A stretch of 63,959 bases of DNA, the filler included, from an uncultured bacterium (GTDB lineage: Bacteria > B130-G9), in assembly GCA_965372715.1 (NCBI GenBank). It is 4 parts of 4 records of this genome, joined end to end, with 100 filler letters (N's around TTAATTAATTAA, not from the genome) between each part and the next. Parts side by side here need not be neighbours in the genome. Positions count along the whole stretch, not along the records: positions 1 to 20,879 come from CBDVDH010000062.1; 3 more parts are not named here. One strand, given 5' to 3'. The position numbers were made by a program, and so were the translations under genes. The notes under the pieces were generated by a model. The model made no database searches. It worked only from the letters and a program-made list of their open reading frames with translations, and was not told the origin of the DNA. Positions 1 through 7,403 of this stretch are shown here, one piece after another; the first letter of the stretch is position 1, and every line of letters starts with the position of its first letter.

Positions 1-83
1 CCCTTGATAGGTTCGGTCGCATCAGAGAAGGGCGGGGCAAGCACCGCCCCTACACTACCCCAACGCCTCATGTCTGAACCTCC

Positions 84-587
84 ATGAGCCGCCCCTACGC
101 ACAACTCGAGCAGGAAGCCGCGCGCCTCGCCCAAGACGTAGCGGAGCTCTTCGTCGCCAAAAGCCTGAGCCTAGCGGTCGCCGAATCGTGCACCGGCGGG
201 CTCATTGCACACACGTTGACGAATGTCATTGGCTCGTCGAAGTTCTTTCTGGCGGGCCTCTGCGTCTATAGCCCTGAGGTCAAGGTCAGCGTCCTCGGTG
301 TGCCTCAGGAACTCATCGAGCAGCACGGAGTCGTCAGCGCCGCCGTAGCTGAGGAAATGGCCCGGCGCGTTCGGCTGCTCTGCGGGTCAAGCGCCGGGCT
401 CGCCACCACAGGCTATGCCGGCCCCGCAACCGGCGACGAGCAGCTTCCCGTCGGCACAGTCTTCATCGCAACCTCAACCGAGAAAGTGACAGCAGCGCAC
501 GAATTCCACTACGATACCGACCGCCTCCGCGTGAAGCTCATGGCCACCATCGACGCCCTGCGTCTGCTGCTGCACATGACTCCATGA
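84..587 (+). CDS. cinA: CinA C-terminal domain protein / nicotinamide-mononucleotide deamidase (PncC-like)
   Basis: Motifs AVAESCTGGLIA, GSS-x-F, GVVSAAVAEEMA, TTGYAGP and VGTVFIA. Confidence 0.9.
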   Translation: MSRPYAQLEQEAARLAQDVAELFVAKSLSLAVAESCTGGLIAHTLTNVIGSSKFFLAGLCVYSPEVKVSVLGVPQELIEQHGVVSAAVAEEMARRVRLLCGSSAGLATTGYAGPATGDEQLPVGTVFIATSTEKVTAAHEFHYDTDRLRVKLMATIDALRLLLHMTP

Positions 588-671
588 TCGAGATCTGATT
601 TCCAAGACGCTAAGCTCAAAAACAGCTTGAAAAGGCTACGCTATTTCGGTAAACCTTGCCGAAACAGGAGT
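506..671 (+). repeat. Copy 1 of a 166-bp imperfect direct repeat (last ~27 codons of cinA plus downstream sequence)
   Basis: Aligns without gaps to 1357-1522 (offset 851), e.g. shared ccatcgacgccctgcgtct and gatcgagatctgatttccaagacgctaagctcaaaaaca. Confidence 0.92.
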
Positions 672-767
672 TAGAATCTGATAGGAGCCGGGACCCAGGG
701 GATTATCAAGTCTGGGCCTTGGAGGTTGCGGGAACATCAGCGGCGAATGATCGATGGGAAATATAGC

Positions 768-1088
768 TTGAGTGATCTTCTCAGACAGATAAACGACCTC
801 ATTAGCGCAGGCGAAGTTCGGATATCAGAACATGAATATGACGAGTTGGCTGAAGATGGGCTGACGGCCAGAGAATTGCTTGCCGGGGTGGCGAATGCGA
901 CAATTATAGAGGAATACCCGGATTATCCCAAAGGTCCGTGTATTTTACTCTTACAGCAGGACCGTTCGGGCAAATCCGTCCATGTCGTATGGGGCATCCC
1001 AAAAGGACATGATAAACCTGTTGTTCTGGTTACGGCATACAGACCGGATCCGGAGCGATGGGATGAGAGTTTCTTACGGAGGCGATGA
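768..1088 (+). CDS. DUF4258 family protein (putative RelE-like toxin)
   Basis: ISEH, EEYPDYPKGPCILLL, VHVVWGIP and VLVTAYRPDPERW pattern; start uncertain (TTG 768, ATG 747 or 726). Confidence 0.75.
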   Translation: MSDLLRQINDLISAGEVRISEHEYDELAEDGLTARELLAGVANATIIEEYPDYPKGPCILLLQQDRSGKSVHVVWGIPKGHDKPVVLVTAYRPDPERWDESFLRRR

Positions 1089-1309
1089 CTATGATGCGGC
1101 GTAAAAAAACCAAGTATATCCACGAAGGCCACTATGTGGCAGAAGTTGAGGTGGAGCTGATAGAAGATGAAGGGGGCTGGTCCCCGTATCTCAGTGTGGA
1201 TGAGGCTTACAGATTGGATGACTTGCGAGATGCCCTCCGCCGGGGCGATTTGAAGTCGGCTGCAAGATACGGTCGCATCTACGAGCTTCGCCCAGTGGCG
1301 CACCAGTAA
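1085..1309 (+). CDS. Small partner protein of the DUF4258 gene (putative antitoxin)
   Basis: 74 aa, ATGA overlap with the upstream stop; EGHYVAEVEVEL...WSPYLS. Confidence 0.6.
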   Translation: MTMMRRKKTKYIHEGHYVAEVEVELIEDEGGWSPYLSVDEAYRLDDLRDALRRGDLKSAARYGRIYELRPVAHQ

Positions 1310-1356
1310 CGTGCATAACCACGGCTTCAACTCGGACCGGCAACTCCCCTTAGATG

Positions 1357-1522
1357 CCACCACGATACCGGCCGCCTCGGAGCCAAGCTCGCCGGCGCCA
1401 TCGACGCCCTGCGTCTCCTGCTGCATACGACTCCACGATCGAGATCTGATTTCCAAGACGCTAAGCTCAAAAACACCTTGAAAAGGCTATGCTTTTTCAG
1501 TAATGATTGCTGAAACAGGAGT
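1357..1522 (+). repeat. Copy 2 of the 166-bp direct repeat (diverged cinA 3' remnant)
   Basis: Translates as HHDTGRLGAKLAGAIDALRLLLHTTP versus HYDTDRLRVKLMATIDALRLLLHMTP; the TGA stop is CGA here. Confidence 0.92.
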
Positions 1523-1528
1523 CGGCCA

Positions 1529-1735
1529 GTGAATAATGTATCGAAATCAGATCAAGGCGAGCTCCTTCAGGAGTTGTGCCGAAAGCACGGCCTTGAGCCA
1601 AAGGTCGTTGAAGAGCTCATCAAGATCGAGAAGCAGTGTCAACACATGGAGCGGAGGCTCGGCATCTCTGACGCATTGAAGCGGTGCATTCTCGACAGCC
1701 TGAAAACGCCAGAGCGGGTGTCTGATGAACGATAA
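1529..1735 (+). CDS. Small helical protein resembling the DndC C-terminal tail / small proteins of dnd loci
   Basis: LLQELCRKHGLEPKVVEELIKIEK...RRLGISDALKRCI; GGAG RBS 7 nt before GTG; first gene of the dnd-like operon. Confidence 0.55.
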   Translation: MNNVSKSDQGELLQELCRKHGLEPKVVEELIKIEKQCQHMERRLGISDALKRCILDSLKTPERVSDER

Positions 1736-2366
1736 CAAGAGCGTTTCAGAGCTTAAGGCCGAAGCCCTTGAAGCCATAGAGCTTCTAAGTGCAACTATCG
1801 ACGAGCTCGCGGAGATCGCGAATTCCATACCCGAAACAGACGCAAAGAGAGCCCAACTTAGAGAGATCTCTAGATCGATCCAGGAGTTGGAAAAGAGAAA
1901 CATCCCTGTGCCGGACGGATTGCGGCAACTCAGAACGTCAATCGCTTCTGAATTGGGGCCGGTGGATGAAGCGAAGGAAGCGATACGCGAAACGGCCAAA
2001 TGCCTGGCGGAGACGATGCGTCGCTTGGAAGGACTAGGCTTGACGAGCCGTATTAAACCTAAGCGCAGAAGTCGAAGGTCAAGCTCTCCCACCACGTCGA
2101 ACTCGACCTTACGAGAACTCATCATCGAGGCGCTTCGATCGCATGGTGGACGCGCGACCCGTGGGGAGGTGCTGGCCCGGATAGAAAGGCGACTCCGAGG
2201 TCAATTCACAGCTCGCGACCTCGAAACCTATTCAGGTCGTGACAAAGTCTGGTGGAATAGGGCCTCAGTCGAGCGCCAGAATATGGTTCGCGAGCGCATA
2301 TTAAAAAACGACTCGCCAATCGGGATATGGGAGCTTGCTGAAGGGGATGGTAATGCGGCTTCTTAG
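1725..2366 (+). CDS. Helical N-terminus plus C-terminal Mrr_N-like winged-helix protein
   Basis: C-terminus LRELIIEALRSHGGRATRGEVLARI...WWNRASVERQNMVRERIL...SPIGIWEL; no nuclease domain visible. Confidence 0.7.
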   Translation: MNDNKSVSELKAEALEAIELLSATIDELAEIANSIPETDAKRAQLREISRSIQELEKRNIPVPDGLRQLRTSIASELGPVDEAKEAIRETAKCLAETMRRLEGLGLTSRIKPKRRSRRSSSPTTSNSTLRELIIEALRSHGGRATRGEVLARIERRLRGQFTARDLETYSGRDKVWWNRASVERQNMVRERILKNDSPIGIWELAEGDGNAAS

Positions 2367-4368
2367 GCTTGCGATAGAGAATTATAAGTGCTTTCAAGAT
2401 CGTACAGAGATAAACTTCACGGCCGGGCGCGTTGAGCCGGGCAGGAACATCTTTCTGATCGGTGGGATGAACGGCACGGGGAAGACTGCGATTATGGAGG
2501 CGATCAACTTCTGCCTCTATGGTGAGAAGAAAGCCGTGATGCTCAAAGATGGGATGAATAAAGAACAGGAGAACAAACACAATGTCAGGTGCTCGATAGA
2601 GCTCAGCTTTGAAACAGATGAGGGTTCCGACGTGACTGTCAGGCGGAGTTGGACGGCGCATGCGCTCTTTCCGCCGCCGAGCGCCGACGAGCTTATTGAG
2701 GACCTCACCGTGGTTGTTGACGGGAACAGAACGTCAGGGATGAGTGAGGAGCGTTGGGCAGAGTATCGAGACAGTCTGATCCCCCAAACGGTCGCCCAAT
2801 TCTTCTTCTTTGATGGCGAGAAGATCCAGCAAATCGTGGCTGACAAGGACTCAAAGAAGACCTTGACCGAATCGATGGAAGCGGTCTTGGGCATTAGGAT
2901 AGTCCGGAAACTGATCGACGACCTCAGGAAAATCCAGATAACTGGAAAGAAGGCGAGGTGTGATACCTCAGAAAAAGATATAGATTGGCAGAAAAAGCAG
3001 CTTGAGGCTTTCATGGCCAAGCTCGCCAAGAAAAAAGAACTCGTGGAGAAGGCAAGGCACGACATGCGCGAGTTTGAGGCTGAGTTGGGGACCCTCGAGA
3101 AGAGCTTCTCCGAGAGGTTCTCGCCCGATCAGAAGGACGGGACCAAGCGCGACGAGCTGACGCGACAGGAGATGCGCCTGGAAAACCAGCTGAGCCAGAT
3201 CCATAAGCACCTCAGGGAGTTTGCCGAGCGAATATTGCCGTTATCGTTGCTCGCGACGCACTTGCCCGATTTGCGGAGACAGCTGGAGGCGGAACAGAAG
3301 GCTGTGGTTAGCGCAGCAGTTAAGGACGAGGCGGACGCACTTGCCGCTGCGATAGTTGAGGCAGCGGCATATCCCAACACGGTCTGTTGCCGTGAAAAGA
3401 TGTCCCAGTCGGCCAGGGAGGAGCTCCGCAATCGAGTGCTCGCGGTTATTCGCCACTTTCCCGAAGAACCGGCGCGGGCAGAAGAGCACCTGGAGCTGTT
3501 GCAGTTGTCGCCGACAGACGCGGCCCGGGTTCTAGACCGTATCAACGAGATTGAACGCAGCGACTCAGCCGGATTCAGCGCCCTTTTCAGGCACAAAGCC
3601 GAGCTTGCTTTCGAGCTCGAGAATGTCAAGGAGCAGGTCAAGAAGGCGTCTGTGGCCGATTCGGACAAAGAGGCGTTCGATAGACTTCAGTCGGAGATCA
3701 AGAGCTATTCGACTCAATTAGGGAAGAAGCGGGACGAGGAGAGCCGTTACATTGACGAATGCCGGGAGATAGAGAAAGAAATCGAAGAGCAGCAATGCAG
3801 CCTAGATAGGGCTTACAGAGAACTTTCTGTCACAAAGGAACACGATGCGTTCCTCAAACAGTGTCAAGGTCTCATCGATCTCTTCACCGAATACGTCGAT
3901 CTGCTGCGTGAAAGCAAGATACTAACGCTCCAGGAACGGACATTTGAGATGTACCGCAGGCTGGCAAGCAAGGGGGATCTAATAGAAAGCGTTCACATAG
4001 ACCCTGAATCCTATCGCGTTACCATCAAGAACCTTTCCGGACAGGAGGTGGCCAAGCATAATCTTTCTGCCGGAGAGAAAGAGGTATTTGCGATTTCGTT
4101 GCTTTGGGGATTGGCGCAGACTTCCGAGCTGGAGCTTCCCGTCGTGATCGACACACCCCTATCGAGGCTCGACAGCAAGCACAGGGATCGGATCGTGACC
4201 GATTACTTCCCGAACGCTGCCCTGCAAGTTGTTGTGCTTTCGACTGACACCGAGGTGGACCGACAACACTTCAGCAAGCTTGCGCCACACCTTCAGAACA
4301 GTATTCGTCTCCAATTCGACAAGACGCGCAAGCTCACGACCATCGAGGAAGGCTACTTCTGGGAGTAA
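2353..4368 (+). CDS. dndD: DndD-like SMC/ABC-family ATPase
   Basis: Walker A GGMNGTGKT, FFFFDGEKI, long coiled coil, signature LSAGEKE, Walker B VVIDTPLSRLD, VLSTDTE, C-terminal EEGYFW. Confidence 0.85.
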   Translation: MRLLRLAIENYKCFQDRTEINFTAGRVEPGRNIFLIGGMNGTGKTAIMEAINFCLYGEKKAVMLKDGMNKEQENKHNVRCSIELSFETDEGSDVTVRRSWTAHALFPPPSADELIEDLTVVVDGNRTSGMSEERWAEYRDSLIPQTVAQFFFFDGEKIQQIVADKDSKKTLTESMEAVLGIRIVRKLIDDLRKIQITGKKARCDTSEKDIDWQKKQLEAFMAKLAKKKELVEKARHDMREFEAELGTLEKSFSERFSPDQKDGTKRDELTRQEMRLENQLSQIHKHLREFAERILPLSLLATHLPDLRRQLEAEQKAVVSAAVKDEADALAAAIVEAAAYPNTVCCREKMSQSAREELRNRVLAVIRHFPEEPARAEEHLELLQLSPTDAARVLDRINEIERSDSAGFSALFRHKAELAFELENVKEQVKKASVADSDKEAFDRLQSEIKSYSTQLGKKRDEESRYIDECREIEKEIEEQQCSLDRAYRELSVTKEHDAFLKQCQGLIDLFTEYVDLLRESKILTLQERTFEMYRRLASKGDLIESVHIDPESYRVTIKNLSGQEVAKHNLSAGEKEVFAISLLWGLAQTSELELPVVIDTPLSRLDSKHRDRIVTDYFPNAALQVVVLSTDTEVDRQHFSKLAPHLQNSIRLQFDKTRKLTTIEEGYFWE

Positions 4369-4374
4369 TAGGGC

Positions 4375-5910
4375 ATGGCTGACCGTCTCTACACATCATC
4401 GGATGCCGCTAAGACACTGAGCGATCTTGGATACTTGACCGGACTTGAGTTTGTAGCTTTGGCGCGCCTTGCGTTGGCATACTCTATAAAGAAGGTCGGA
4501 GATACGGTCCAGCACAGCTCAGATTTTTCAGGCAAGGAGATCCGCAAGACCTTCTTTTTCGGCACCGATGAGAGTGTCCTGAGGAGCCTCGTTCGCGTAA
4601 TATACCGTGACGCCTTCGAGGACGACGACAGGTTCTTTTCCAGGCGTTCGGTCTGCAAGGACCACATAGATAACGGCCTGAAGCTGTTGGCGGATGTATT
4701 CGAGCAATGCGGGCGAAACCCAGATGTCTTCTTTCAGAAGCTCGCCGCGGAGATTCCGTCGCCCGCCGCCGGTCGGGCTTATGGGCCCATCCCGCATCTC
4801 GACATCGAGGTCGGCAAGGACATCAAGAACACGCCAGTCGTTCTTGAGATCAACAACACCTCGCGCCACTCGAACCCTCACGTTGCCATCATCGGTCAGT
4901 CCGGCTCAGGCAAAACCCAAATCCTGCTCAAGATTCTCGCCGACATTAGGAAGCAGTCGGATTTCCGGACTAACTTCATCTTGTTTGACTACTCGAAGGG
5001 GGACATTGCCTCCAACACCCAATTCATCGAGACGTCTCGTGCCACAGTCTATAATCCTGCGGCGAAGCCTCTTCCTTTGAACCCGTTTGTCCTCGACATA
5101 TATGACGAGAAGTCCATCATATGGTCTGCCGAAGCGAAGGCGGACTCATTCTCCTCGATCAGCGCCCACTTCGGCTTCGTCCAGAAGAGCAAGCTGGCCA
5201 AGTCTATAACAAGGGCCTATGAGCAGCGCGCCGATCAAGACTTACCTTATCCCGATTTTGGCGAGGTCCTTGAGATCGCACGGGCTATGTACAAAGAGGA
5301 TAAGGCCACCGACGACTCGCTTATCGAGACGTTAAGGCGTCTTTCAGACTTCTCTTTGTTCTGGGAACATGGGGATCAACAGCAGCTCATCTCATCCCTG
5401 TGGACGCAGACAATCGTTATTGATCTCAGCAAGCTTCAGGCGCTCAAGGAGCTGGTTGCCTACCTCGTCATCGAGCAGCTTTACAGGCAGATGTCGGGCC
5501 TGCCTGATAGTGAGACGCTCGATGATAGACGCCAGATAAGGACCGTCTTGGCGATTGATGAGGCACATAACTATCTACCCCAGAAGAACTCCCTTCTACA
5601 GACAATTGTTCGGGAAGGTCGCTCAAGGGGAGTCGCAGTCTTCTTTGCGTCGCAATCACCCAGCGACTATGAACAGGACGGTTTTGATTTCAAAGAGCAC
5701 CTGGAGTTCTCGCTGATCCTGCAATGCAAGGTGAAGTCAGCGTCTGCAGTTCAGAATCTGATCAGCTGCAGTCCGCAGGCTGCCAAGCAGTTGCGGGTGA
5801 ATCTTGCGCACTTGAACCTGTTTGAGGTCATCTCGAAGGCCATCGGCGAAGATAGGGATTACACGCGCTTCATGGCGATTCCGTTCTTTGAGGCGTCTAA
5901 GACGCCTTAA
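4375..5910 (+). CDS. DndE-like N-terminal domain fused to a HerA/FtsK-type (DUF87, DndH-like) P-loop ATPase
   Basis: N-terminus RLYTS..A..TL..L...TGL....LARLALAYSI...HIDNGL; C-terminus NPHVAIIGQSGSGKT, LAIDEAHNYL, REGRSRG...ASQSPSDY. Confidence 0.75.
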   Translation: MADRLYTSSDAAKTLSDLGYLTGLEFVALARLALAYSIKKVGDTVQHSSDFSGKEIRKTFFFGTDESVLRSLVRVIYRDAFEDDDRFFSRRSVCKDHIDNGLKLLADVFEQCGRNPDVFFQKLAAEIPSPAAGRAYGPIPHLDIEVGKDIKNTPVVLEINNTSRHSNPHVAIIGQSGSGKTQILLKILADIRKQSDFRTNFILFDYSKGDIASNTQFIETSRATVYNPAAKPLPLNPFVLDIYDEKSIIWSAEAKADSFSSISAHFGFVQKSKLAKSITRAYEQRADQDLPYPDFGEVLEIARAMYKEDKATDDSLIETLRRLSDFSLFWEHGDQQQLISSLWTQTIVIDLSKLQALKELVAYLVIEQLYRQMSGLPDSETLDDRRQIRTVLAIDEAHNYLPQKNSLLQTIVREGRSRGVAVFFASQSPSDYEQDGFDFKEHLEFSLILQCKVKSASAVQNLISCSPQAAKQLRVNLAHLNLFEVISKAIGEDRDYTRFMAIPFFEASKTP

Positions 5911-6045
5911 GTCACCCTTTCCCCTTTTCGCCCCGTTTCCCCATTGCGGAAACTACTCCTCGCAGCCCTTGATAGTTCATACGGTGGTTGAGTATGCTTC
6001 CGAAGACAATCCGCCCGACTACGAGGAGTCGGGCTACGTCGGTTT

Positions 6046-7287
6046 GTGGAGGTCAGATTGATACTCAAAGAGCCAATACTCGTCGGGCTAACGCAGCTTT
6101 CGGCCAATAAGCTCCGCTCGTTCTTGACGATGCTCGGGATTCTCATCGGCGTCGGCTCCGTCGTCGGCATCGTGTCAATCTCGGACGGCGCAAGAGAGAT
6201 GTTGCTCGCCGAGATGGACAAGTTTGGCGGGAGCAACTTGATGTGGGTCTCGCCTCCGCATCGGTGGGTGAGGCGCGACGGCAGATGGCAGAGGCGGGCC
6301 TATGACGCCTATTTGGACAACGACGACGTCAGGAGAATCGCCAAGTGCAGCGACCACATCGTGAGCGTCCTGCCGATGGTCCGCGTCGGGGGCAACGCGA
6401 CACACGAGATGAACACATCCAGCTGCACAATACTCGGGACGTTGCCGACTTATGCGGAGGCGATGGACTGGAAGCCCGAGCGAGGGCGATTCTTCTCAGA
6501 GAGAGACGAGGCGTCGTGGCGGAAGGTCTGCGTGATCGGCGACAAGGTCTATGAGGACCTGTTCCCGGACGAGGCGGACCCGGTTGGCGAGGATATCAGG
6601 CTGGCCGGTGTCCGATGCGTGGTCATCGGAGTGATGGAGCAAAAGAGCGTGTTTGGCAACGACTGGGGATACAACGTGTTTGTCCCTTCATCCACGGCCC
6701 AGCACAGAATGACAGGCTCCGAAAGGATCAACTACCTGCTGGTCAATGTTGACAACAGCCTGAACGTCTCAAAGGCCGAGCGCCGCGTCAAATCGCTCCT
6801 GAAGCGGACCAAGGACCACGGCGATGAATACCAAATCAGGACGGCCCAATCCGAAATCGAGAAAGTCGAAGAGGCGCTGTTCATCGCAAAACTGGTCACG
6901 GGCGGGATAGCGGCTATTTCGCTAATTGTAGGCGGCGTTGGGATCATGAACATAATGCTCGTCTCGGTCGCGGAGCGCACTCGTGAGATTGGCCTGCGCA
7001 AGGCCGTAGGCGCACGGAAGATGCACATATTCTTCCAGTTTTTGATCGAGGCGATAATCCTGTGTATTCTGGGATGCGCCGTTGGCATCGGCATCGGCTT
7101 CGCGCTCGGGCTTGGAATAGCCGCTATCATATCGAAGACCGCGGACATGGAGTTCATAAGCGTTGTGTCCGCGAAGGCGATCATAATGGCGGTCGCCTAC
7201 TCCGTCGGAATTGGCCTTGCGGCTGGAGTATTGCCAGCCGTCCGGGCCGCGCGGCTGAATCCCGTCGAGGCGCTTCGCTACGAGTAA
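6046..7287 (+). CDS. MacB/FtsX-family ABC transporter permease
   Basis: NKLRSFLTMLGILIGVGSVV, GGVGIMNIMLVSVAERTREIGLRKAVGA, AARLNPVEALRYE. Confidence 0.92.
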   Translation: MEVRLILKEPILVGLTQLSANKLRSFLTMLGILIGVGSVVGIVSISDGAREMLLAEMDKFGGSNLMWVSPPHRWVRRDGRWQRRAYDAYLDNDDVRRIAKCSDHIVSVLPMVRVGGNATHEMNTSSCTILGTLPTYAEAMDWKPERGRFFSERDEASWRKVCVIGDKVYEDLFPDEADPVGEDIRLAGVRCVVIGVMEQKSVFGNDWGYNVFVPSSTAQHRMTGSERINYLLVNVDNSLNVSKAERRVKSLLKRTKDHGDEYQIRTAQSEIEKVEEALFIAKLVTGGIAAISLIVGGVGIMNIMLVSVAERTREIGLRKAVGARKMHIFFQFLIEAIILCILGCAVGIGIGFALGLGIAAIISKTADMEFISVVSAKAIIMAVAYSVGIGLAAGVLPAVRAARLNPVEALRYE

Positions 7288-7308
7288 ATTGTCTTTCAGA
7301 AACGGAGC

Positions 7309-7381
7309 TGTAGGGGCAGGCCCCCGCGCCTGCCCTGTCCAATTGGAACCACCGAGGGCGGACACGGGGGTCCGCCCGTAC
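7309..7381. repeat. GTAG-type REP doublet (REPIN-like)
   Basis: tgtaggggcaggcccccgcgcctgccct...agggcggacacgggggtccgcccgtac; inverted relative at 51885-51958, further relative at 14578-14653. Confidence 0.75.
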
Positions 7382-7403
7382 GACCTGGCAATAGACCGAT
7401 AGG

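Noticed and set aside
1529-5910. Calling the locus a complete phosphorothioation (dndABCDE) or Wadjet system
   Set aside because: No DndA, DndB or DndC; no kleisin, KITE or Toprim (JetD) partner; the ATPase motifs are DndD-type
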